From contig NC_058375.1 of assembly GCF_018350175.1 (NCBI RefSeq), positions 209,560,001 through 209,624,000 on the forward strand: a DNA stretch of 64,000 bases, read 5' to 3'. How positions within the stretch are numbered: position 1 is the first letter of the stretch; each line of letters opens with the position of its first letter. The notes beneath the pieces are model-generated. The model did no database searches and was not told the DNA's origin. It worked only from the letters and a program-made list of their open reading frames with translations. Below, piece by piece: positions 1 to 13,712 of this stretch. Source of the stretch: Felis catus. Taxonomy: Eukaryota. Position numbers and translations under genes: made by a program.

Positions 1-2599
1 GACCGTCACACAATAATATTCCTAATTATGGCCACTGGCAGTTCTGTGACTTGCTGATGCCCGAATACTGTGCCCCGCATCAAATTCTGCTTTCTGCGCA
101 GAGAAACGTGCTAGTTCTTCCCAGGGAAACAGGCAGGAAACTGCAGGCACCAACTATGAGGGGTGCTTCACATCTAAGTGATAATAAACAGATTTAGAAA
201 TTCTCATTTCAGACATACCACTTTGTATTTGAACTGCATATTTACGTAGGGAAGTGTCTTTCCCATCAAGCTCAGAGTTTGTGGGTGTTTGCAAAAGACT
301 CTGCATCACCCTGAGTGTCCATGACCAAGTAGAGTTCACACTTTTCTTCCCCTCACAAAACTCTCATTGTCCAACCAGGAGAAATTGACATTAAGAGAGA
401 AAAAAAACAAAAACAAAACCCTAATGATCTAATGCCAACCTGGTCTTAAAGTCTTCATGTGCATTTAATGTCTTATACTAGCCTCTCTTTGGGAATTTCT
501 TCTTCTTATTATTATTATTATTTCATTAACAGCACAGATATTTGCTCCCAAGATTCAAGCCTTTGTCCCTTTTTACAATCATCATAATATCCAGTTCTCC
601 TCATTTATATACCTATTTTGAAAGCCTTTATCCCAAAACTCAGAAAAATGTATGTAAATGGGTTTCCTTCCCTATCTCTGCCAAATATAAACAATGAGCT
701 GGTGAGCATGAGAACGTGTGGTGTATCCGGGTGTATCTGGGGATAAGCCCAGACTGCAACAAGCCTTTTCTGGGCACTCTGTAAGGAGAACTCTGTCTTG
801 TCTGCCTCCTCCAAGAATCTAAATCTCCTGTGAACTTATCAATTGATTCTGCCCAGTACATACATGTCTAAAAATATCGGAACAGGCTCTTTCACTCGAT
901 ACTTTATAAAGAGTCCGTTGAACGCGATCAAACTCACGCTATGAAATAAAAAACTAGAGAGATTGACTTACTCATCAGTATCAGCACGTGCTCACACACA
1001 CGAGCTAGACCTCAGCTGCCACACTATACCCAGAAAACAAACTGCGAACACTGTTTCGTGAAGTTCTGGTATTCTTTTCTAAGTGAATTCCTTTCTTACT
1101 GAAGGATCAGTGGAAATTCTTAGCCAGGTAAGATTTAGCCTGTCCCCGGCCGAGTCTGTCCCCACCCTCACCCGCTGTTGGTGTCCCAATTCTGTCCCCT
1201 GAAGACTCATTTCAAGGGAGCTCTAAACGTATCCTCACTGGTGAGCTGTTTCTTCGTGGCAAGATATTTCATATCAGCTACAAATGATTCTCAGTCTGCA
1301 ATGCTTTCAGTGGTGATTTGGGGTGAGCAGTCTATCAACCCTAGTGCCACGCCAGTTGCTTTCATTCAACACCCTCCGAAAGGCCATCTCCGATCTGACA
1401 TGTGCTTGCTGGTTCGCTTGTGAGGCCTCTCGGCTCTGCCTGTACTCTGCACCTTGAGTGATCTTGGCCACTGAGGCTCCTCCGTCCAGCCTCCCCCAAA
1501 GGACTGCAGCATCTGGGAAGGTTTTTAAAGCAACTGACTATAACTTCCAAGCTGGATCCAAAGGGAAAGAGGTTTCCCAGACAAGTGGAGTTCCTGGTCA
1601 TCCTGATAGTCCCTGGGCACCCCATTATACATGCTCCATGGGGCACAGGCTCAAAGCTTCAGAGTTTAACCCTTTTGTTCCCACAGACTCTTAGGCAATG
1701 CTAAGGGTTCTCGTCCATGGAGTCAGGACACCATGTATACTAGGCATGAAGCACACTGGAAATAATTCATTACTGATGTTGGAAAACGATGGAGTGCTTT
1801 AATAAGTCAGAGCCTTTTCTAGGTTATTCTTATAAGAGAGGTAACTTCATTCACCCTTTCTTTAAGAGAGAGCTGCACTCCTCTGGCCAGGGAATAAAAT
1901 GTTGCCTATGGCCCATTTTATCTACGCCAGGGGCTCTTAATTCTTACGATGATAAAAATCATCTTCCCCCCACTCCCAATTCGGTGTTTCCATAAAGTCT
2001 GAATACATCCAGTGAGTGTAGCACATGGAAATGTCAACTAATCATTGTAGTGGAGTAAGGAGGAGGGAGAGAAGAAAGAACCACTACTGATCAATTTTAT
2101 AATCAACCTGTGCGCTATAAACCGAGAAATATCCATTCTAAGTATGACTCTAAGAAATGGCCAAAATTTGGCCATTTCTGACCCGCAAAACTAACAATCT
2201 CATATGGTTTGATCTGTTACTCACATTGCACTTAAAACAACCTGGGAACAGACTGAGAAAAGTCACCCAGTCCTACCCGACGTACATGTCTGCAGTTGCT
2301 GGAAGGAGGTTGCCCGCAATGTTTTTATTCTGTTTTATTTTGTTTTGTTTTATTCCATTTTTACCCAAGAGGACTTCAACAATACACAGCGCTATAAATG
2401 CTTCCTTGTTTTTACCCATGTTTGGGAATATACATCTGAGAATAGCAATGGAATTTCTTCCTCGGCTCTGGACCCTTCATCACTGCAAGAAAAGTGCGTC
2501 AACAGAGTTTGTGAGAATGGTCGATCTAAGTCCTCTGGAAATGGAAAGCTAGTATTTTAAAGTTTCTGAGAAAGCATCCGACAGAGAGGAATAAAGTAT

Positions 2600-2715
2600 C
2601 CTTTTACTTGAACTTTTCTGACTGGGTTTCTCCATCAGTAACAGGACACAATGATATCTGCCACTATAATTTGACCCCCAATACAAATACAAATGAGATC
2701 ATGTGTGTGAAAGAT
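2600..2715 (+). mobile_element. MIR SINE fragment
   Basis: Degenerate MIR core: tacttgaacttttctg..gtttctccatc..aaatgagatcatgtgtgtgaaag. Confidence 0.55.
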
Positions 2716-3279
2716 TCAAGAATGATTGTATTCTTTTTAAAATTTTGTTACATTTTCATTTCTCACGTTAATCTGTTGTCGTTGCAAGGAAGGAACTCAC
2801 CAACTATATTGTAAGTAGACATTGCCATAGTCAAAATCCTTCCATACGGGAAGTTTTATTTCCTTAATGTATTCACAGGTATATATGGAACCAGGTCATC
2901 CTCCATGGCCAAGAACATAACAATTCTATTTCAAAACAAAGATGTGGCTATTAGTCATTTAAACATTGGCAGTGTCCCTCTTCCTCCTCCCGGTATTATA
3001 CTGCCAAAGACACAGAAATGCTTAACTTTGAGGGTTTTGCCTTTTAATTAAACATTTTAAGTCTACACATGGTAGAAATGTTTTATCAAGTGAGGACCAG
3101 TGCAGATCAGAACATGTATTGGGAGCGATCTTTACCTGCTGGCATTTCCAAAAGATTTCATTCATCATGGAGGAAGGAGAAAAGAATATGGAGAGGAACA
3201 AAAATGTTTGGTGGGTCATTCCTGGATTACTGAACAATAACCATACAACTTATCTTTTCAACACAATGGCAATGCTAGT

Positions 3280-3665
3280 TGTATTCGCTGTCCTGGCTTT
3301 TATAGCAGAATACCATAGGCTGGGTGGCTTAAACAACAGACATTGATTTCCCACAGTCCTGGAGGCTGGGAAGTCCAAGATCAAGATGCCAACAGATTTG
3401 GTTCATGATAAGGAATCTCTTCTTGGCTTGCAGACGGCCCCTTTCCACTGTGTCCTCACATAGTGGAGGGAGAGAGAGAAAGAGCAAGCACTCTGGTGTG
3501 TCTTCTGATGGGGGCACCATTCCCATCACTAGGACCCTACCACCAGGAGCTTATCTAGAGGGCTTTGCTTCCCAAAGGCTCCACCTCTAAATGTGGTCCC
3601 CTTAGGGGTTAGGGCTTCAACATATGAGTGGGGTGGGGGTGGGGTGGACAATTCAGTCCACAGCC
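3280..3665 (-). mobile_element. MaLR solo LTR (MLT1A-like)
   Basis: Motifs ggctgggtggcttaaacaacaga, ggaggctgggaagtccaagatcaag, ttcagtccacagc; 5-bp TSD CTAGT/CTGGT. Confidence 0.88.
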
Positions 3666-4544
3666 CTGGTTAATAACTCAAAGTATCTCTTGAAATTTTC
3701 TAATTCAGTTCAGGTAGTACTTTCTGGATATCTGAATTTACAAATATTAATAAAATAACAGAGATGGCCATTTTAAAACAAATATCCTCAGTGTTCTGGA
3801 CATACCTGGAATCCTTGGAAATTATGGCTACGCACCAAGAAACTTCTGTTACCTTTTCCTCTAAGTATTTATACTCCCTTCTTTCTACTTACTCTTGGCT
3901 TTAAAAAAAAAAAAGGAAGAAGAAGAAAAACAATTTGGTGAAGTGTGCTAAAAATAGCCTGGGTGCTCTGTTTCTTCTTTTAGCTTCATTGTTAGGAACT
4001 GATTTCTAATTGTCTTGCAGACTCAGAAAATCTCACCTGAAAGGACTAAGCATATTTGATTGAAATTCATGAGGGGATTGATGGACCCTGGATTTGGGGC
4101 CCTAGTTCTTCTGACCCCTTCAACGCTACCCATCCCACCCTCCTTAATCACACGCGTTTGGAATTCAGTTCGGAATTCAGTTCTGCCCGTGTAGAATCTG
4201 GGTATTAAATGCTCTGAGTTGCTATAGTTAGATAGACTCTATTTTTAGTTACAAACTGTTTCCCTGAGATACATACAACTGCTCATTAACACTGGAAGCC
4301 TTTCTCACAAAACTTGGGTTCCCGTCCTTCCTTTTCAATGCCCAACAGGCTTATGCGGGAAAAATACAAATGCTGGTTATATTTAGTTTTCTACTCTGCC
4401 CTGTCAAGCCCTGAATGGACGAGAAAGTTATAAATACACTGCAAGGAAAATGCTCTCACTTCCTTTACATACCGTTTTAGTGCCACGCCGTGTTGTGGTA
4501 TTAAAGGGGTATTAAAATAGGAGATTAAGTAAATCAAAGCTTGA

Positions 4545-4548
4545 CTTT

Positions 4549-4589
<41 letters not shown>

Positions 4590-4740
4590 TAGGGAGGGGC
4601 AGAGAGAGGGGTGGACAGAGGTGCATGCTCCACACGAGCAGCACAGAGCTGGATGTGGGGCTCGAACTCTTGAACCGTGAGATCATGACCTGGGTGGAAG
4701 GCAGACGCTTACTTAACCCCCTGAGCCACCCAGACGCCCC
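4545..4740 (-). mobile_element. Can-SINE (SINEC_Fc type)
   Basis: (GA)n tract, gagatcatgacctg, ends gagccacccagacgcccc. Confidence 0.92.
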
Positions 4741-5359
4741 TGAAATATGAATTTTAAAATTCATGAAAAATGAATTTTAAAAAACTCCAATACATGGAGT
4801 TAGTGTTCACCTTAGGTGGCTTTGAAGAACACCTGACACATAACAGGCTTTCATTCAATGTTTGTGGAACGTGGAAGGATGGGGAGGAGATACTCAAAAA
4901 AGGTGGATTTTGCTTGAATGAATCATTTTGCACGGTTTACATAGATCCCTCGGGGATGAGAGAAAACATTCCCTGAAGCGGATTCCCTCAGAAAATAGCC
5001 ATTGCGAACCCACAAACGTCCAACATATTCCCAACAGTGGGTCCAACGGTCGGAGAGTGCAAGTTGTCTCCATTGTTTCTCCGTGGTAGTGAGCTTTCAC
5101 AAACACGGATGCAACAAGAGGTGTTCCTGAGTTTGGATCTCCAGGCTTGTCAAAATTCTGAGACTGCTACCAGCCCCTTCCTCCATGATTGATCCCGGTT
5201 TGCTCCTCACCACCTCATCACTCACTTCCCGACAAGTAACAGGAACCACCAACACGCTCGTCAGTGGCCCTTTCCATCCCTCCCAAATGGCTCACACACA
5301 TAATGACCACCCACATCTTCCATTTTTCACCTGGGGTCAGTGGAGTTGAGAAGACGTTG

Positions 5360-5600
5360 TCATAATGGAAGGGCAGAGGCTTTGGCACTCAACAGGCTTG
5401 CATGTAAATCCAGACACGTGTACCTTTTTACCTGGAGGTCAAAAAGCTACCTTGAGTGAGTTGTTTCATCTCTCGATTTGGGTTTCCCCACTGAGGCATA
5501 GGGGGAGAAGATCTACTTCATAGGGTTGTCAGGAAAATTACAAGAAATAATCAATGTAAATAATCTAGCTCAGATCCTGGTGTTGGAAGGAAATGTCTGT
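5360..5600 (+). mobile_element. MIR SINE
   Basis: accttgagtgagttgtttcatctctc...ctacttcatagggttgtcaggaaaatta. Confidence 0.7.
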
Positions 5601-5919
5601 AAGTAGAGAGGATTATCATTCCCAAGTCCGTGAATTTCTCCTCTGGCAATCATCCTAAACTTTGGCTTTGTCCTTTCACTTTCTTTCAACTTCTGTCCAC
5701 TGTATATCAGTCTCCGTTTGCCTCTCAACTTTTCTTTTCTCTCTCATAGTTTTTTCCAGTCACAAATCCACACAAGGCTACTTAATGATTCTAAGAGCGG
5801 CCCCGCTGCTATGCCCACAGACAAGAAAAGGGAAGCTATCAACTTTGAAATAAAATACTTGAAGTGAAATATAGGGCTAGGGCTAATAAGTGCGAACACT
5901 CTTAAGATAAGCCCCGAAT

Positions 5920-6048
5920 GGGAAGCCTGGATGGCTCAGTCCATTAAGTGCCCGACTCTTGATCTTAGCTCATGTCTTGATCTCAGCGTTGGGATTTCAA
6001 GCCCCGCATGGGGTTCCGCGCTGGGCACGAAGCCTACTTAAAAAAAAA
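5920..6048 (+). mobile_element. Short old Can-SINE lacking the (CT)n tract
   Basis: tRNA-like head with A/B-box remnants, cctacttaaaaaaaaa tail, degenerate TSD around aagccc. Confidence 0.85.
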
Positions 6049-6941
6049 GCAAGCCCAGAGTACCCCAGACACCTTCTTCAGAATGTCCCCCCAAATCTCC
6101 CTCTCCTTCTAAATTTAATCTGCTTTTCTTTGAGTAGCCAACACTTCACAACAAAACAAAAAATCAACTCTTCTGCAATGTGTCAAACCTCGCAAGTATT
6201 TTTGGAGAGCAGCATCGAATAATTAACCTTGCTGTGTTTGGGTGTGGCTTTCCGTTAACAGCCTGCACTCCGCAGAAGCATTTTCTCCTATTTTTTTGCA
6301 AATATGCCATATGTCAACTCCATGATGGGTCAACTAGACTACCAGAGGTTAGCCTTGGAAGCTAGCCAGTTATAAAAGTGCTTCCATAGAGAACACGTTC
6401 CAGATTCCAAGTCAGTGAGTTACAGTCACACATGGAATGACTTGGTAGCAAGTTGAAACCTGAATCATAAAGCATTTTCCCACACCTAGCACAGCTTCCC
6501 CTCTCTGTTTTACTGTTTTGTTTTGTTTTTCTAAGATGGGGCTTGGAAAGGAGTTCGACAGCTCTCCGACACAGATAAAAGTTCAGGAACCCAGGATCCA
6601 GAAATGAATGACAGTAGGAGAGTGGTCTGCTTGCTGAGACATTGCTGCTTTTCATCACGGCAAATGTCTGGCCAAGAAATAATCATCGGTCCTTCCCAAG
6701 AAACACCTGTAACTTGAGCTTTTTTTTTTTTCTTTTCATTTCTTTTCTTCTGGTTTTTAATGAGGGTGTTATCATATTGCAGGAATGTGTCTTGCTTCTA
6801 TGATCAGCACTTCAGCTTCGTGAGAAAAATAAGTAGAAGCTCCCAAGCTTTAAAAACATACACCAGACATTGCATCCTTGAATTATGTGTTGCCCGTGAA
6901 GCAGGTGCTCACAACACATCTGTGCTGCGGTCCCTCTAGAA

Positions 6942-7365
6942 CCGTGCTACCCAACATAGGATCCATTAGATGCATGGGACTACTTAAATTAAAATGAATT
7001 AAAAATAAGTGAACCTGGGGCACCTGGGTGGCTCAGTCAGTTAAGCATCCAGCTCTTGAGTTTGGCTCAGGTCATGATCTATCTACTGTTCATGAGATCA
7101 ACCCCCATGTCAGACTCTGCACTAACAGCATGGAACCTGCTTGGGATTCTCTCTCTCCCTCTCTCTCTGACCCTCTCCCACTCATCCATCCTCCCTCTCT
7201 CTCTCTCTCTCTGTCAATAAATAAACATTTAAAAATAAAAATAAGTAACACTAAACTTCAGTTTCTTAGTCCCAGTAGCCACATGCGGCTTGTGGCTACC
7301 ATATTGGACAGTGCAGACAGAGAACATTTCCTTCCCCATGCAAGGTCTTTTATTGAACAAAGCTG
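6942..7365. mobile_element. MER3-like hAT-Charlie MITE interrupted by a SINE
   Basis: tagccacatgcggcttgtggctaccatattggacagtgcag..agaacatttcc; left flank CTCTAGAA is the typical Charlie target site. Confidence 0.8.
7017..7237 (+). mobile_element. Can-SINE inserted in the MER3-like element
   Basis: ggggcacctgggtggctcagtcag head, (CT)n tract, aataaataaa tail, TSD taaaaataagt. Confidence 0.95.
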
Positions 7366-10230
7366 TTGCAGAACATGGACTATTTTTTTTTCATGGAGAC
7401 CTGTACTGTCACCGGGTGATGAATCTTTGGAGAGAAACTTTGCTGTTCCGCAACAGTGTTCACATGAAGATTTCTCTATTGCACCACATGACTCTTTGGT
7501 ACTGGCCACCGTATTGCACAAGAAAGTCGTCACTCTGCTTGTCTGACTTTGGGACTAGTTGCTTTAGGAATAGCTAAAGTCACGCACAGATTGAGACTGC
7601 CAACCTGTTACACAACTCAGCAGGCGGTGAGCAGTGAAGGAGTCAACCTTTGTTCTCAACCATTCTGTTAGCAAGCAAATTGGGCAAGGACAACCTGGCT
7701 GTCATGTTCTCCCCCCATTACAACAGAGATTGTGAGTCCCTAACCAAGGCCATCATGCAGTTCTAGACATAAGGCCTCCTTAGTTTCCTCTGTGGCCTTT
7801 ATGACACTTCTGAAAATGACTCTTGACATTTTCAAGAACCTCAACACGCAGACCGCCTGCTCAGAGAGGGAAGGCCGATAACAGAAAATGACTTCAGCCT
7901 TAGGATTAAGCCAGTCTTTCCCACTAGTCAGCTCAGTACAAGCACAGAAAAATATTCTTCTGACCTAAACCCTTGTATTATTCAGACGCTAATTTCCACC
8001 TTCTAAAACACATCTATTAAATTCGGTAGTCCAATAAGTGTTTTATTAAATGTGGGTTGAGCCGGCTTTCACTTAACTCTGCCATGAGCTTATTAAATTA
8101 AAAAAAAAAACTGTTAAGAAGATCAAAGTTCCCTCTTCTAATTCCTTTAGATCCTTTGGGGAAACCAATGTTTATCTCTGTAAAGTTCAAGCCTGCATAA
8201 CTAAAAGTCAGCCAAATCTGACATCCAACCACTGAATCTCGTAGAGGCCACTTCTCCCTCCCTCTTCGGTCTTGGGTTCCCATTCCCTGCTTAGACTACA
8301 GTTTGGAAGTCACTGAATGAATTCACAAGTACTACCATTTGCTCGTTCACGCATGGTTTAAAGGCAAAAGTATCAGGTTTCACAGCGCTTGGAGGAAGTT
8401 GGCAACCGCTTCAAAGTGATTTTGAAGCATCTATTACTTTATTAAGCAGGGGCAATAATGACCTACAAAGTGCCAACTTGCTCGCGTTCCCCTGCTCTTC
8501 CTGCCTTTGGTTGCAAATAGCACAGTTTCTTTTCCTGCTCAAACGCCAGTTAGCATGTTGCCTTTAAAATTACGGATCTGGGCGGTGAGCCCCAGTAAAA
8601 TAGCTAAGACCACATAGCTAGGTGACTTCTTCAGCCATGAGAACTATGGACGGGTAGGAAAGTCTGCGGTGAAATAATCTGTCTCTCGTCACTTTGCCTG
8701 CAGCAAAATGCACTGTATTCCCCCACTTGCTTTGTTTCTGCGCCGTATGTATTTCTACAGATATTGTGAGACCCAAACATGCTTACAAATGGTTAGTCCT
8801 AACAGTAACTCAACATATTTAACTGCCTGTTTCCAAATAGTCCAACACTTGCTAACCTAAGTGGAGACAGTACAAGTGCATCTTTTCTAGGCTATATCCA
8901 AGCAACACACGATTTAGTCTTGGACAGAAATCTAACCCACCTTAAGCAGCAATGACAAATTATCATTTAATTACATGTGAATTGTGGGAAATGAATTATT
9001 TTCCCCAGTCCCTTTCTACCTTAAAGCTCTATGTATTTGAGGACAGCATACATAGGGGGCTCCATGATGCCTTTCAGGCTGTCAGTCTTGTGGACATTAA
9101 GACTCAAGGTGACAATTGGACTGCCATTCCTGAAGCTTGAGCTTGTCTCTTTTAACAAGGCTAGCCCTTACCAAGTGATCCCTTGCACTTAGGATCTATT
9201 TGTCAGCAGCTAGTGAAACTCCAGCTGATAGCGACACTTACCTCTTCTCTCTGATGGTCTGCCCTGGGATAGACGCGCGGAGGTGAATTACTTTCAAAGT
9301 CACAATGATCCGGTCAGCCTCTCGAATGTGATCGCATTAGCACATGGTCCTGTCAAAGTCTTCTGCAAGCTCCCATCAATGAATAATTTCTGCGGAAGCC
9401 AAATATCAAATGGGATTATTGGTCTTCCCATTTATACATAAAATAAAAATCGTTTGGTGATCATAATCCCTCTACCACCAAAAAAATCCAATGCTGAAGA
9501 ACATGGAGATAGCATCTACTCAGGAAAGTGGAAGCAAAGTTTAGAGATTATCGTGCATACAGCTAGCCAGTCATCTGAGTGTTTCAGGACTCAGGCCTGA
9601 AGCCAAAGTCTGAGGCATATAGCTGGGTGTGGCAGAGCATCAAGGGACAGGAGAAGTGGAAGGGGTTACATGTGTCCCCAAATAGGCACTGTGTCTTGTT
9701 CACATGATGTGCCTACTGCCTAATTTTTCTCTTTTATTAAGGACAAAGTCAAAGTTAATTATCTCCTTTGACCACACCACTGATGCTCATATAATAATTA
9801 AATATGAGCTGAGTTTGTTCTCTTTTCCCTATGATTTTCTTGAGTCAGAGAGGTCATTTCTTGACATCACAGCTAATTGGTTTGATTACAGAAGCAAAGA
9901 AGACATTTCCATGTGCAAAGAGCCAGTAGAAGGAATTCAGAGAAATGAGAAAAGAATCCCTTTCTACAATTGTGGAAAGTGACGAATGAAGGAGTAACGT
10001 TGCTTTTTTAGCAATTATTTATCCAAATGAGCAATGGCTTTCAAAACAGTCACCTTAGAAGGTGATTTACGACAGACACAGTTCTCCTCAACACGTTTTT
10101 AACCCCCAACTTTAAAGGCAACCCTGAGTTGCCTTCAGCTCCAGTGTGGGAGACACATCTGAAAATATAGCCCGTTACTTTAAAATCACACTTCAGTTGA
10201 GGTTCGAACAGCATTGTCCAGCTTGATTGG

Positions 10231-10364
10231 NNNNNNNNNNNNNNNNNNNNNNNNNNNNNNNNNNNNNNNNNNNNNNNNNNNNNNNNNNNNNNNNNNNNNN
10301 NNNNNNNNNNNNNNNNNNNNNNNNNNNNNNNNNNNNNNNNNNNNNNNNNNNNNNNNNNNNNNNN
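10231..10364. other. Assembly gap
   Basis: N run. Confidence 1.
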
Positions 10365-10379
10365 AGCCTATTCCCTAAT

Positions 10380-10530
10380 TAATAGCCATTTTGTCTGTGT
10401 CCTCACATGGTGGAAGGAGTAAGGGAGCTCTTTAAGGTCCCTTTTGTAAGATCACTAATCCCATTATTAATCCCATGAGAGCCATCATGACCTAATCACC
10501 CCAAAAGCCCACCTTGAGCATTAGGCTCTC
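10380..10530 (-). mobile_element. MaLR LTR fragment (MLT1A-like)
   Basis: ctgtgtcctcacatggtggaagg..cactaatcccatt..catgacctaatcacc. Confidence 0.75.
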
Positions 10531-10689
10531 ATAGGATCAAGCCCTGTGTTTTCTAGGAAACTTTCCTCACCAGCCAGCTACCTTCAGTCCATTCAGCGAA
10601 GGTTGCTTACATACTCCCTGAGCTCTTTCTCTTATTCTGCCTCAAGACTTCATACTATTTTCCTGGGTTCTTAATTTTCCATGCATCGA

Positions 10690-10810
10690 TATCTCCTTCA
10701 CCAATTACATTTTAAGATATTCGAAGGCAAAGATCTCTCTTGAGCTTCAGGTATTATCCAACACAACGCCTAATGTGTAACCAGCACTCAGTAACTATCG
10801 ACTGATTAAT
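10690..10810 (+). mobile_element. L2 3' end fragment
   Basis: ttcgaaggcaaagatc..cacaacgcctaatgtgtaaccagcactcagtaacta. Confidence 0.5.
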
Positions 10811-10954
10811 TGCAAGATAACTTTCCTGCCTAACTTTTATCTACTAGTTTCTCCCTCAGAAGTTTTTGGCTATGCAAAGAATAAAAATAAAATGCATAGG
10901 CCATTAAGCGTGTCCTTAATTTTGTGCAAATGATAAAAGTCCTCATCCTTAATT

Positions 10955-11530
10955 TAGGTCAACAGATATTTACTGAGCACCTTCTATGTGAAAGCCACCA
11001 TTCTAGGTGCTTAGAATACGACTATATAAGAATAGTGCTTATATTTCCAGTGAGGGGAGAGAAAAACAGTTGATTAATAATAATAATAACTAATAAAAAG
11101 TAAAATATATATTCTATCTAAAGGCGAGAGTTGCTGGAGAAAAAGCAATAAATCACAGAGGGGTGCCTGGGTGACTCCGTCAGTTAAGCATCAGACTCTC
11201 AATTTCAGCTCATGTCATGATCTCATGGCTCGTGAGTTCAAGCCCTACATCTGTGTTGACAGCATGAAGCCTGCTTGGGATTCATTCTCTCTCTCTCTCT
11301 CTCTGTTTCTCAAAATAAATAAAAATTAAACAAAAAAGAATAAAGTACAGAAGAAGATTAGAGAATACAGGGTGGGGGAAGAGTGACCTGGGTGGATGGG
11401 AGCTAAAGATAGAATTTTAAATCTGATAACCCCAGAAGACCTCAGTAGGAAGGTGGTATTCGAGGAAAGACTTAAAGAACACGGGTTGTCAACCCTTGTA
11501 ATATGCAGAGAGCATTTGGGAAACCAAAGG
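10955..11530 (-). mobile_element. L2 fragment interrupted by a SINE
   Basis: caacagatatttactgagcaccttctatgtg..attctaggtgct; gaagacctc..gaaggtggtattcgag. Confidence 0.72.
11160..11338 (+). mobile_element. Can-SINE
   Basis: Head, (CT)n tract, tail; TSD aataaatcacaga/aataaagtacaga. Confidence 0.93.
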
Positions 11531-11689
11531 AAATGAGAGTCCATACAGGTAGTTATAGAAGTCTTTGGCATTGCAATGGTTGATATTCTGAACCTGATAT
11601 TTTATGTCTGGAGCCCCTCAAAATGGCTTTAAAGCTTCCTCGGCTTTACTTACACCTAGACATTAATTACAAGTGCCATTAATCTTTTA

Positions 11690-11828
11690 TTATATGTCTC
11701 TCTCAAGAGACGGTGAGTGATTTGAAGGCAGGCATTATCTCATTTATCAATACAAACCTCATAGTATTTAACACAATTCCTGGCCAACATTGAGAAATCA
11801 ATAAATGTTTGTTGAATACCGAATAAAT
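11690..11828 (+). mobile_element. L2 3' end
   Basis: ttgaaggcagg..aacacaattcctggc..tcaataaatgtttgttgaat. Confidence 0.75.
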
Positions 11829-13464
11829 CTTCATTCTGGCAAACAACGCATCTCGTCTAAATTCCAAGCATAGCTTATCCTAATTTGAGTCAAACAGTGT
11901 TTGCGTAGATATATTTCTTTTTAATGTAAACACTTGGCAAATGTCTTTTAAAATACAGAATTCAATTTCTTATAAAAATCAAGAAAAGCTGGCCCCGTCA
12001 CCTCTTTTGACACTGAACTATGGAGAACTTGCCAAAAATGGATTTAAAACTGGGTAACACACTTGCTACCGTTCAATAAAGGAGGAACAGCTAGTACCAG
12101 AAACAATGGTGTAGGTTCCCAACGGAAAACTTTAAACTAGCACACACAGTACTAATTTAGCCCTAGAGTTATTAACATGAGGAAAAAGTAAAGTTGAAGC
12201 CATCCAAACACTCAAGGGCAAATAAGACGACTACTCGGTCTCTTTGGCATAATCATGGTAGTGTGAAGACAGAACTTTCTCTCTGGCTTTTAAGGTGGGA
12301 GAGGAAAGGTGAGGAGTGCCAATTTCTTCTTACCGGTGATCTACAGCCCATGGAAGAGAAGTTTCCTTTCTTTCTTAACCCATCTCCAGTCCTCCCCTTA
12401 TTGACTGTGTGAGCCCCGGAAGCAGAGAAATCTAGCACTCTGTCATCAAGTCATGTCTTCAGAATGGCTCTTCACCTGAAAAAGGCCATCTATTGAGCAG
12501 TCCTGAAGGGTAACACCAACTTGCCTGTTGATGAGCTCCCTGGCAACCAGGCATCATGAGGAAGTTTGTTCCAATCAAATAAAATCTGTTGTAACTATAG
12601 TTGATATAACAAGGCAAACAAAATGTTTGGTATCACTCAATGCTCCACTGTGAACCTTCCACAGTGTCTCCTGTTGAAGGACTTAGAGAGAGAAGAGATG
12701 ACTCAGGGGTCCTGTCATACTCCTTGGCCCTGAGCTGGTGTGGCAGTTCCAGAGAAATCTACTGCTGGCTGCTGGCCAGCCATGATCCTCTTCACTAGTA
12801 CAGTTCTAGTCATTTCATAGTTGGCAAGGTCCAGATGTTGCTTTTGATGGTACCTCTCTGCTATCCCCAGAAGTGACAACGTGCCTACAAAAAGTTGCTA
12901 GAGCCACTCTCACAACTCAGGCTCCATTTCCCTTCCACTTCTAAACCCTGGACTCAACTGGTTTCCCTCCCATTGACAGGACTTTCTTCTGATGAGTCCT
13001 TCAGATGGACAAACCAGCTGTATAATTCGATCTGATTTTGTTTCCAGATGCTGCATCTGAATGCATGCTGCATCTTCAGGCTGTTTCTTCAGTGAGTGAG
13101 AATTAACACCCAAGGGCATGAGATAGCCATCCCTGGCCCCCTCAGTACCATCCAATAAGTGTCTCAGCTCCTGCTCATCTAGGAGAGGACATAGATGGAG
13201 TATCGTCCATTACCCCACACCAAAAAATAAATATAAAACATATGAAAGAAAAGGAATGTACTTGATATCTGTGCCATAATATAAATCTGTCATTCTATCA
13301 TCCTAAGGCACACTTTTAACCAACAAATAGTGTAAAAGGAATCAATATTGACTCCTAGAGGCTCTCAGCTTGGGATATGTCCAAAACATCAGCAAAAAAA
13401 AAAAAAATAAAAAGATGTGGTGTCAAGTTAATTGGGCAGAAGGCAGAGAGGAGCCAATTTTTTA

Positions 13465-13712
13465 ATAATTTTCTTTTATTTATTTTATGTATTTCTTTTT
13501 AAGTTTTTTATTAATGTTTATTTTTGAGAGAGAGAAAGACAGAGCGCAGGTGGGGGAGGGGCAGAGAGAGAGGGAGACACAGAATCCTAAGCTGACTCCA
13601 GGCTCCCAGCTGACAGCACAGAGCCCAACCTGGCGCTTGAATTCAAGAACTGTCAGATCATGACCTGAGCTGAAGCTGGACGCTTAACTGACCGAGCCAC
13701 CCAGGCACACCT
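13465..13712 (-). mobile_element. Can-SINE
   Basis: T-rich tail, (GA)n tract, ccgagccacccaggcacacc. Confidence 0.95.

Noticed and set aside
7028-7546. 172-aa ORF and the recurring MAQ(S/L)VK...SAQVMIS ORFs
   Set aside because: They are translations of Can-SINE (and MER3) sequence, mostly from GTG starts. They recur because the repeat recurs.
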